Shown here one piece after another: positions 30,515 through 38,783 of a stretch of DNA of 64,000 nt; the stretch's first letter is position 1, and every line of letters starts with the position of its first letter. The position numbers and the translations under genes are program-made. Under the pieces are notes generated by a model. The model was not told the origin of the DNA. It did no database searches and saw nothing but the letters and a program-made list of their open reading frames with translations. The stretch is taken from the NCBI GenBank assembly GCA_037443035.1, contig JBBIPC010000013.1:1-64000 (forward strand). Reading direction: 5' to 3'. Source of the DNA: Chthonomonadales bacterium (GTDB lineage: Bacteria > Armatimonadota > Chthonomonadetes > Chthonomonadales > CAJBBX01).

Positions 30515-31202
30515 CCCTCCGCCGATGGGCCGACGGCGGCACGGCGAAGGCAACAGCGTACTGCACGCCCGCCTCGCATCCCCGGACGCGCGCTAGAGCA
30601 CGATAGTAATCCACGTAGGGGAAACGCACAACCTCTCCCCTGAAGAGGGCGTGCTGACGTGCTGCCTTTTCCCACAGCGCCATGTCCTCTTCGGTGATCT
30701 CGAGGAAGATCTCTGGCAGGAAGCCGGACTGGTCTTCCCAGTTCTCCGCGTAGTAGAGCGACCGCACAGAATGAGGCGGCAGTGGTCTTTGGAAACCCGC
30801 AATGGCTGCGAAGAAGAGAGCGTCAGGCGTCGCAAGCCCTGCGGCCGTGTGATCCCGATGCATGCTTCCATGCCAGTGCGTAAGTACAACGCTTGGACGG
30901 CATTCCCGTATGACGTCGGCAATCTCCATCTTCAACGCATCATCGGCAATGAGCTCACCGTCGCCGTGATCCAGAATATACAGCCGTGCGCCGTAGACGC
31001 CAGCGGCAGCCTCCGCCTCCTGACGTTTCTGGATGGCGTACTCGGCCGCAGGCACCGCCGGATGCCCCTTCTCGCCCGTCGTGAGATGCAGCATGGCAAC
31101 CCGCTTCCCTTGCCGTACGTGAGCCGCAAGCGCCATGCCGCAGGCGATCTCGCAGTCGCCGATGTGCGCTCCGATGGCCAGGACGTCCACTGGTTCGTTC
31201 AT
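30495..31202 (-). CDS. PIG-L/LmbE-family deacetylase
   Basis: AIGAHIGDCE, LTTGEKG, HRDH. Confidence 0.85.
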   Translation of the reverse strand: MNEPVDVLAIGAHIGDCEIACGMALAAHVRQGKRVAMLHLTTGEKGHPAVPAAEYAIQKRQEAEAAAGVYGARLYILDHGDGELIADDALKMEIADVIRECRPSVVLTHWHGSMHRDHTAAGLATPDALFFAAIAGFQRPLPPHSVRSLYYAENWEDQSGFLPEIFLEITEEDMALWEKAARQHALFRGEVVRFPYVDYYRALARVRGCEAGVQYAVAFAVPPSAHRRRVTSLTD

Positions 31203-32149
31203 GGATGCAGATCCTTGCGCAGGACAGCGAACCGGCGACGCACTACGAAACCAGCCCCAGCATAGAGCCGCCGCGCAGTAGTGTCATCGGACCACAAGAA
31301 CCACGCTGTGTGCAGCCCCTTCATCCGCATGGCGTCGAGCGTCCGATACAGAAGAACGTGCCCGATACCCATGCTGCGATAGGCTTCAGCAACACCGATG
31401 GGGCCGAACCGCTCTCCCTCGTGGTGAGAATAGCCGACAACCTCTGTGGCATGTCGGGCTACCCACAGACGATCCGGCCGGTCGCCCGTTTCGATCGCCG
31501 CGATTGCCGTCCGTGCGAATCGTTGCCAGTCGCCCGGAAAGTGCTGACGCAGGAACGTCATGAGCGCTGGAACGTGCGAGGGGTCGTAGTGTTCCACCGC
31601 GATGCCCTGCCCGCCAAGCTCGGCTTCCCGCGCTTGTACCCAGCTAGGCGTCCGAAGGCCGCCCAGATCGCATTCCATGGAGATGGGCCGGGAGTACACC
31701 ACGTATCCACGCTTGGTCAGGAAGGCGAGGCCTTCGGCGTACGCATGCATATCCACGCCAGGCGTGAAGTAGCCTGGCGCATACGGGGAAACCAAGCATA
31801 CACCAGCCCCTCGCGAGCGGATATATGCCTCAGCGCGTTCCAACAACGCACCCCCGATACCACGCCGCCGCACCGAGGGGTGTACCGCCAGTAGCGTCAA
31901 GTACCCCCTGTCGGTGTCCATCGGGGCGTCCTCCAGCGGCACCCTTCGGACGATCGCCAGGGCGAATCCAACTACCCCCGAATCGTCCGTTGCCACCGTG
32001 GCACCTTCCGGCTGGAAGTTCGGGTCCAGCAACACCTTCCTGACGAAGAGAGACTGACCTATAGCGTCCGCTGGCAGTGCTTCTGCCAGGAGATCTAGCA
32101 CCGGAGCTATATGGGCGCCGCGGTAACTCTCCAGGCAGCAACGTGCCAT
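31199..32149 (-). CDS. Tandem-domain GNAT N-acetyltransferase
   Basis: AVHPSVRRRGIG and GVAEAYRSMGIG acetyl-CoA motifs; likely ATG 32149. Confidence 0.85.
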   Translation of the reverse strand: MARCCLESYRGAHIAPVLDLLAEALPADAIGQSLFVRKVLLDPNFQPEGATVATDDSGVVGFALAIVRRVPLEDAPMDTDRGYLTLLAVHPSVRRRGIGGALLERAEAYIRSRGAGVCLVSPYAPGYFTPGVDMHAYAEGLAFLTKRGYVVYSRPISMECDLGGLRTPSWVQAREAELGGQGIAVEHYDPSHVPALMTFLRQHFPGDWQRFARTAIAAIETGDRPDRLWVARHATEVVGYSHHEGERFGPIGVAEAYRSMGIGHVLLYRTLDAMRMKGLHTAWFLWSDDTTARRLYAGAGFVVRRRFAVLRKDLHP

Positions 32150-32871
32150 CAGCGTCCGTTCCCCGCAGCCGCCTCGACGAACGACCGAAAGAGGCGGAGG
32201 GAGGCGGTGCAGTTCTCCACCATTTCCTCCGGATGATACTGAACGCCGACGACGAACGTACCGTCCGTCGCCTCCACGGCCTCGACGAGACCGTCTTCGG
32301 CGTAACCGCTCACCCGGAGTGAGGGAGCTGGCTCGCATACTGCCTGGTGATGGAACGTATTGACCTGAAGGCTGGTTACGCCGAGGGCACGAGCGACCAG
32401 GGAGTCGGTCTCCACGTCGAGGCGATGCGTAGCCACGTTGCGTGCCTCCGATTGACGATGCGCGACGGGACCAGGACGCTCGGTCGGTAGATCCTGGTAG
32501 AGAGTTCCCCCCAGGGCAGCGTTGAGAGCCTGGATGCCACGGCAGATACCAAGAATGGGTATGCGCTGAGCGACGGCAGCTCGAACAAGTCCAAACTCCG
32601 TTTCATCCCTCGGCAGGTCCACTTCCGTTGCTGGATGATACTCCGCGACGCCGTATCGCTCCGGAGCCACATCCCGTCCGCCAGACAGCAGCAGGCCATC
32701 CAGGCTCGCCACCAGCGCTCCGATATCCGACAACGATATGTTGGGTACGATGACCGGCAATCCGCCGACCATGGCGACGGCGCGAGCATACGCCTGCCCA
32801 AGCCGATCCGAGAGCGATGACGTAGAACTGGCATCGGTGCCGCATGTGATGCCGATGAGCGGTAGAGCCAT
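32149..32871 (-). CDS. Gamma-glutamyl-gamma-aminobutyrate hydrolase family (peptidase C26)
   Basis: GLLLSGG.D, GICRGIQ, GGTLYQD, VNTFHHQAV, VQYHPE. Confidence 0.92.
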   Translation of the reverse strand: MALPLIGITCGTDASSTSSLSDRLGQAYARAVAMVGGLPVIVPNISLSDIGALVASLDGLLLSGGRDVAPERYGVAEYHPATEVDLPRDETEFGLVRAAVAQRIPILGICRGIQALNAALGGTLYQDLPTERPGPVAHRQSEARNVATHRLDVETDSLVARALGVTSLQVNTFHHQAVCEPAPSLRVSGYAEDGLVEAVEATDGTFVVGVQYHPEEMVENCTASLRLFRSFVEAAAGNGR

Positions 32872-33019
32872 AGGGCGCGGATCCTTTCTGGTCGGTCAGG
32901 ATGTATTGTATACCGTCAGCAGAGCATACGGGTGCTGCCATCTGGCCTGCGCCCACAGTGGTATACTCGACGAGTGCGGGGATGCAGAGCGGTGCAGCAT
33001 GTCCCGCGGGAGCCACACC

Positions 33020-33475
33020 ATGCGCATCAACCTGGACGAACCAGTTCCAGACGAACCGTTGCAGCCTGCAGGGGCAAGCGAAGACGAGACGGACGACGAA
33101 GCCAGTGCCGAGAGCATGGCTTCGGACGAAATCATCATCCGCCGAGATACCCTGACCAAACGCCGGCGGCGGACCGGACCGAAACCGCTCACACCCCAGC
33201 AGCAGCGCGCCATCGTTGCGTTCTTGGTATTGGTGATCGTTATCGCCGTGACAAGTCTTGGCGTTTACGTGCGCAATGTCCGAGAGACGGCGCGTCGGAT
33301 CCCCGTCGTGCGAACCCCACCCTCGCCGGCACAGCCGCTACAGGCTCCCCGGCGGGTCGTGCCTCAGCGTCCCGCGGGACCTCCGATCTACCAGGGGCCG
33401 CCACCGCGCAATGACCAGCCGCTGGAGGAAGGAGCGGACTCCGACACATCCACGCCAGCCGAGGGCATCCATTGA
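33020..33475 (+). CDS. Single-TM hypothetical protein, acidic N-terminus and Pro-rich C-terminus
   Basis: GGGAG SD, ATG 33020; one hydrophobic helix. Confidence 0.65.
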   Translation: MRINLDEPVPDEPLQPAGASEDETDDEASAESMASDEIIIRRDTLTKRRRRTGPKPLTPQQQRAIVAFLVLVIVIAVTSLGVYVRNVRETARRIPVVRTPPSPAQPLQAPRRVVPQRPAGPPIYQGPPPRNDQPLEEGADSDTSTPAEGIH

Positions 33476-33513
33476 GCGCGAGAGAATACGCACGCGCCGA
33501 TCCTCGCGGCCGA

Positions 33514-33963
33514 CTACGGCAGGACGGATCTCGGCACGTTGATCCGCGTCCCTGGTTGCATGGCCAGGGCTTGCTGAGCCAAGGGATGATCCTCGCTCAC
33601 GGCCACTTCCCGACGACCTGACGGACCTTCCACCGTAATCACAACCTGGCCGTTGCGGTGGCTCGCTTCCACGAACTTCACGGGGACGCCCCCCGCGCCA
33701 GCAACCACGACAGTCTCTTTGGGGAGCACGGACCGGAGGATGACCGTACCCCCCAGCACCACGAGAACGGCTACAACGACAACAATGCCGTAGAGGATCC
33801 AGTCGTTGGGTCCGTAGCGACTTGGCAGGCTATGGTACATCCACGTCAGACGCGACCAGTGGGCGTGCGGATGGTGACGCCCGCGGGACTTCCGCCAGGA
33901 GTGTCTCCGATGACGCAGCCAACGACGAAACCGCGTGAGCACCGCACTTCTCCGTGACCTCAT
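33514..33963 (-). CDS. Single-TM hypothetical protein, Arg/His-rich N-terminus
   Basis: WILYGIVVVVAVLVVLGGTVIL TM segment; start uncertain. Confidence 0.55.
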   Translation of the reverse strand: MRSRRSAVLTRFRRWLRHRRHSWRKSRGRHHPHAHWSRLTWMYHSLPSRYGPNDWILYGIVVVVAVLVVLGGTVILRSVLPKETVVVAGAGGVPVKFVEASHRNGQVVITVEGPSGRREVAVSEDHPLAQQALAMQPGTRINVPRSVLP

Positions 33964-33991
33964 TGTACCGCACCAGACCGTCTCCCGCCTT

Positions 33992-34132
33992 CGGCCGTTG
34001 AGTAGCCCGACGCGGAGCCCTGCCGGTCGTTGAGTAGCCGAGGCGTATCGAAACGAACGGCTTGCATGGCGACGTCCAGACGTTCGGTGGTTTCGATACG
34101 TCCCGATGGCCATCGGGACTACTCAACCACCG
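33992..34132. repeat. Second cluster of the same REP-like family as 13373-13603
   Basis: Partial unit at 33992; CCGGTCGTTGAGTAGCCGAGGCGTATCGAAACG at 34023; 48-nt CGGTGGTTTCGATACG...CTACTCAACCACCG at 34085-34132 identical to 13453-13500. Confidence 0.9.
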
Positions 34133-34206
34133 ATGCATGCGGCTGGGCGGCACGGATACCGAGCTAGCAGACTTTCGATGCTGTCTACCACCGCTCGCCC
34201 AGAACG

Positions 34207-37137
34207 CTAGAACCGGAGCGGGGCGCCCCGCATGATGAAAGTGATGCGATATCTTGGTACTGGCCCATCTCCGGCGCCACACGCGAAACGTACCTCGGAC
34301 GCTCCCGACGGCAACTGCGCACGAGCGCTCCCGCTCCGAGAGGCGCCAGAGCCGGTCGAGTGGCTCGGTGGCAACTCGGCTCTCGACGTCAAGTCACTCG
34401 CCACGGTGGTCACTCTCCCGATAGGCTCGTTCTCCGCACCGTAGACCATCGCCTCGCCCGATGGCTCCAGCTCCAGGTACTGCCCGCTATTCAGCTCCAC
34501 ACGGAACGTGACGGTCCGTCCGGCCACCGTCACCTTCGGATCGCTGATCTTGCTCGCTGTCAGACTCAGAGGGACGACGTCTCCAATGAGGATCTCCGTG
34601 CTGTCGCCCGCAGGTATTTCGTTCACCCAGATCGCGAGAGCGGCCACGACCTGGTAGTTGAGCCACGGATGGTATGTCTTGTACGCCGATGTGAAGGCGA
34701 GTCCCGGGTTGTGCTCCCATTCGCTCCGATGAGCGGCATACGGCCACGAATACGCGCTCAGCCGATCGGACTCCGGCTCCACCATCTCGACGTACCGCCA
34801 GCCTTTGAAGTCCACCACAACATAGTGTTCTGCCACACCCGGACTGACGTTCTCCGCATTCCGCAACTGGAAGTTCAGTACGGCCCCTTTTCCGTCGCCG
34901 TGGATCCAGACGCCCATGCCCTTCCGCGTCATGTCCATCGGCGCAGCGAAGACACGCTCCACCATGGCCCACGCGCCACGTCGCGCTGATCGAGTGCTGG
35001 ATGCAACGAGTCGCAGGCAGGCGGAGTCTGGTCGGCCTGCAGGTCCGTCGTCATCCTTCGGAACGATGGCGGAACTTACGCTCAGTCGGACTCCCTCCGC
35101 ACATCGTGGTGCGGACAGGCTGCCAGCGTCATGACTACCCAGCAACGGAGGCAAGGAAGGCGCATCGTGTGCCGGAGCCAGCAGCGGTTCGATACGCAGA
35201 GACAGGGGCTGTGTACTGAACGGATTCGGCACTCTGTACTCCGACGCCGTGCCCTGGCCGAAGCGCTTCTCGTACCGCACGGGCACGAACGCCCGCCTTC
35301 CTTTCGGTCCGTCCACCAGCGTGAACTCCAAGCCAGGCTGGCCCAGCCGGCGCCGCAGTGCTGCTGGTACTGCTCCGGATGCCCGTAGTCTCTCGTAACG
35401 TCGGACCATCTCGGCGTACCGCTGGGCGCCGGCGGACCTCCCGAATGTCTCCGGTGCAAACCCAGCGACGAAGGACACGCCTGCATCGTCCGCCAATGCC
35501 TTGCACAGCAGGTACTCCAGATCGTCCGAAAGGGTACGGTCAGGCTGGATGCCGTTCCACGGAAACACGCCCCACCAACCGAGGTGCGAGGGCAGGTACA
35601 TACGTTGGCAGTCCCGGTTCACGACCCGGTGCATGTCCACGAACTCCTTGTAGCCGGTGTGCGGAGCGTCCCAGGCACCCATGCGAGCGCGCACACACCA
35701 GAGGTGGTGGTGGAACGTGCTCATCTCCATGATCGCCGGCTTGCGGAGACGGCGGACAAGCTCGTACACGAATCGGGCACCGTAGTACCATGCCCACTCG
35801 GGACCGGCGAGAATGTACGAACCATCCAGTGCGTCCAGGTAGATCATGTCGAAGCCGCACTCGTTGTAGGTGCGCGCCGTGTTCTCCACGATTTCCGTGA
35901 ACAGATCGCTCTCCGGATCTGGAGCGAAGAGCCCAAACAGCTCCTTCAGGTGATCGGCCCGCTCCCCAGCCGCATGACTGGATGCATGGGTACCCAGAGC
36001 CCCGCGCGTACAGCCCGTGAAGCGCCACGGTGGACCCTGGGACGCTTCCGTGAACGTCACCAGCTCGTCTCCGATCCGCAACGTCGCACTGTTGTTGACG
36101 AAGAAACCCGTCGTAGCATGGACGCCGCTCGTCGGTTCATTCACTGTGATCGTGGTGCTTGTGGAGTCGAGCGGTTCGGCGAGCGTGAACGTCCGGAGGG
36201 CGGCTAGACGACGATCGGGCACGGGGGTGACGTACCTACTGTTCTTGGCAAGGAAGAACGAATAGGTGTGCAGACCTGCCTGGAGACCAGCGGCGTGAAG
36301 GGCATCCACAGTGGCCTTGAGGTCGGCGATGCCGTTCGGGTACGTCTTCGGGTCAGGTACGAAATCGCCAAATCGGAACGAGACGCCGCCATGGAAGTCA
36401 ATCTGTCCTGCACCCAGCGCGTGGGCAAGCTCGATCCACGGGCCGCACGTCGTCGCATTCAACCCACCGAAGTTGAAGAGGTAGGACCGCCGGTTCGGCT
36501 TGGCGTCCAGCGCCCAGGGACCACCGATGGGCGAGCGGGGCAGCTCCGGTGCCGTTTCGACAGCCTGTTGCAGCAGCCGGCGGAAGGCCCGCATGGGTCC
36601 GGCTACAACTGCAACGGAGGATCCGTTCAGCCCCAACCGCCCGTACGCGAAGGCGTGGAGGCTCGAAGACGGGCCAGGTAGAGTCCACACGTTGGTGCGC
36701 AGGTTGCGCGCGAGCGAACAGGCAGCGAAGGGCTCGCTGCGATCACCCTTCAGGGCGAGCTCCGCGGATCCATACCGCAACTCCTCGATTGCCTCGGGAG
36801 CCTGCTCGACGCTCAGCACAAGGATGTCACGTCTCCTTTGTACTTGCAGACGCACCGAGAGGTCATCGGAGTCGCCCGGCATGCGGAAAACAAGCACGAG
36901 ACGCTCGCCCTCTTGCCGTAGCACGCTGCACGCTACATGCGCATCGCCCACACGGGCCGTAGCGAACGGTACCTCACCCGGTTTGGCCGCATAGTCGCGC
37001 CCGGAGGTACGGTCCACGAAGCGCAGCGTCCTGCCTTCAGCGCTCAGGACCCACTGCACATAGCGTGTCTCCAGCGCGACGGTCCCGGCCGGCACCTGGG
37101 CCGTAGCTGCCATACCGAATGCGATCAGACCCACCAT
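34207..37137 (-). CDS. Large secreted hypothetical protein, probable glycoside hydrolase-like
   Basis: 976-aa ORF, SD GAGGAG, signal-like N-terminus; YPNGIADLKATVDALHAAGLQAGLH and GFDMIYLDALDG resemble TIM-barrel GH segments. Confidence 0.65.
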   Translation of the reverse strand: MVGLIAFGMAATAQVPAGTVALETRYVQWVLSAEGRTLRFVDRTSGRDYAAKPGEVPFATARVGDAHVACSVLRQEGERLVLVFRMPGDSDDLSVRLQVQRRRDILVLSVEQAPEAIEELRYGSAELALKGDRSEPFAACSLARNLRTNVWTLPGPSSSLHAFAYGRLGLNGSSVAVVAGPMRAFRRLLQQAVETAPELPRSPIGGPWALDAKPNRRSYLFNFGGLNATTCGPWIELAHALGAGQIDFHGGVSFRFGDFVPDPKTYPNGIADLKATVDALHAAGLQAGLHTYSFFLAKNSRYVTPVPDRRLAALRTFTLAEPLDSTSTTITVNEPTSGVHATTGFFVNNSATLRIGDELVTFTEASQGPPWRFTGCTRGALGTHASSHAAGERADHLKELFGLFAPDPESDLFTEIVENTARTYNECGFDMIYLDALDGSYILAGPEWAWYYGARFVYELVRRLRKPAIMEMSTFHHHLWCVRARMGAWDAPHTGYKEFVDMHRVVNRDCQRMYLPSHLGWWGVFPWNGIQPDRTLSDDLEYLLCKALADDAGVSFVAGFAPETFGRSAGAQRYAEMVRRYERLRASGAVPAALRRRLGQPGLEFTLVDGPKGRRAFVPVRYEKRFGQGTASEYRVPNPFSTQPLSLRIEPLLAPAHDAPSLPPLLGSHDAGSLSAPRCAEGVRLSVSSAIVPKDDDGPAGRPDSACLRLVASSTRSARRGAWAMVERVFAAPMDMTRKGMGVWIHGDGKGAVLNFQLRNAENVSPGVAEHYVVVDFKGWRYVEMVEPESDRLSAYSWPYAAHRSEWEHNPGLAFTSAYKTYHPWLNYQVVAALAIWVNEIPAGDSTEILIGDVVPLSLTASKISDPKVTVAGRTVTFRVELNSGQYLELEPSGEAMVYGAENEPIGRVTTVASDLTSRAELPPSHSTGSGASRSGSARAQLPSGASEVRFACGAGDGPVPRYRITFIMRGAPLRF

Positions 37138-37230
37138 GCGTGTCTCCTCATTGCGGCTGATCTAGCCGACGCGCTGTAGAACTTCCTGCAGCTGGCCACG
37201 GGTTCCTGCGTGCCGCAGTTGATTCATACC

Positions 37231-37260
37231 TTGACGCACCGTATCCGTGCGTTCTATCAT
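37231..37260 (+). promoter_or_regulatory. Sigma70 promoter, probably leaderless, for the FGGY kinase
   Basis: TTGACG-N18-TATCAT; ATG begins 7 nt after the -10 box; no SD. Confidence 0.6.
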
Positions 37261-37266
37261 GCTCTC

Positions 37267-38772
37267 ATGAGCTTGCTGGGTGTGGACGTAGGAACGACAG
37301 GGTGCAAGGCAGCTGTATACGCGGTCGAAGGTGCTTGCCTGGCCCGAGCCTACCGGGAGTACCCGACCCTCCATCCTGCAGACGGATGGGCCGAGCTGGA
37401 TAGCGAACTCGTGTGGCGATGTGTACGGGAGGTCATTGCCGAAGTAGCCGCAGCAGCACGCCAAGATACGATCACAGCCCTCTCGGTAAGCTCCATGGGC
37501 GAAGCGATGACGCCTGTGAGCAAGGACCGGCGCATCCTGGGCAACGCCATCCTTTGTTCCGACATCCGCGGTGCGGAGTATGCCGAGGCATTCCTGAGAG
37601 ACCCCGGGCAGGAACGGTTCTACGCCACCAATCCTAACCTCCTCGGCATAGCCTATTCCATGCCCAAGCTCGCATGGCTCCGGGACAACGCCCCTGACCT
37701 GTACAAGTCCGCTCACCGCTTCCTGCTCTGGAGCGATCTGGTCGGCTATATGCTCGGCGGCGAACCGATCACGAGCTATTCTCACGCGAATCGAACGCTC
37801 CTGTTCGATGTCTACCAGGAAAAGTGGTCCGAGGATCTCATCGAGAAGGCCGGACTCGAGCTGTGCAAGCTTCCCGCTGTTGCTCCGAGCGGATCTGTCG
37901 CTGGCACCGTCAGCCACGCCATGGCAGTGGAACTGGGACTTCCAGCCGGTACCGTGATCGTCGTTGGCGGCCACGATCAGTGCTGCAATGCCCTCGGTGC
38001 CGGCGTGATCGAAGCTGGTCGAGCTGTGTGCGGCATTGGCACCTTCGAGTGCTACGCTCCAGCCTTCGCCATGCCCGCGAACCCCTTGATGATGCTGCGC
38101 CGTGGGTTGAACATCGAACACCACGTCGTGCCCGGTCTCTATCTCACCTTCGCTTATAATCAGAGCGGTTCGCTCGTTCGGTGGTTCCGCGACACCTTTG
38201 CGCAGGCCGACAAGCTTGTGGCGCAACAGGGTGCGGACATCTACGACATACTGGCAGCCGAGATGCCCGCCGGGCCGACGGACCTGCTCGTCCTGCCGTA
38301 TTTCGAGCCGACCGGACCGCCGGGTTTTGTGGCCGACGCCTCAGGGGCTATCGTCGGTCTCAAGCCGACCACCACCCGCGGTGAAATCCTCAAAGCGATC
38401 ATGGAGTCCGTGACCCTCTACTTCGTAGAATCCATGGATTCCCTGCACGAACTCGGCCTGGGTTCCTCCGAGTACGTCGCCACCGGCGGAGGGGCAAAGT
38501 CCGACGCCTGGCTGCAGATCAAGGCCGACGTCTTCGGAGTGCCCTTCATCCGCCCCCGGGACACCGAGGGAAGCACTCTCGGTGCCGCCATGCTGGCAGG
38601 TGTGGCGAGCGGCGTCTACAGCTCGTTCGAAAGCGCTGTATCGCTCATGGTGAGCCGGGAGAGGGTCTTCACCCCCGATGCGGCACGCCATGCTCGGTAC
38701 CAGGAGAAGGCGGACGTCTTCCAGCGCCTATATCCGGCGCTCGCGGACATCGTTCGTGATCCTCGCCGCTAG
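37267..38772 (+). CDS. FGGY-family carbohydrate kinase (xylulokinase-like)
   Basis: LGVDVGTTGCK, GGHDQ, GGGAKS..WLQIKAD, LGAAMLAG. Confidence 0.92.
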   Translation: MSLLGVDVGTTGCKAAVYAVEGACLARAYREYPTLHPADGWAELDSELVWRCVREVIAEVAAAARQDTITALSVSSMGEAMTPVSKDRRILGNAILCSDIRGAEYAEAFLRDPGQERFYATNPNLLGIAYSMPKLAWLRDNAPDLYKSAHRFLLWSDLVGYMLGGEPITSYSHANRTLLFDVYQEKWSEDLIEKAGLELCKLPAVAPSGSVAGTVSHAMAVELGLPAGTVIVVGGHDQCCNALGAGVIEAGRAVCGIGTFECYAPAFAMPANPLMMLRRGLNIEHHVVPGLYLTFAYNQSGSLVRWFRDTFAQADKLVAQQGADIYDILAAEMPAGPTDLLVLPYFEPTGPPGFVADASGAIVGLKPTTTRGEILKAIMESVTLYFVESMDSLHELGLGSSEYVATGGGAKSDAWLQIKADVFGVPFIRPRDTEGSTLGAAMLAGVASGVYSSFESAVSLMVSRERVFTPDAARHARYQEKADVFQRLYPALADIVRDPRR

Positions 38773-38783
38773 GGCCAGGCTCC

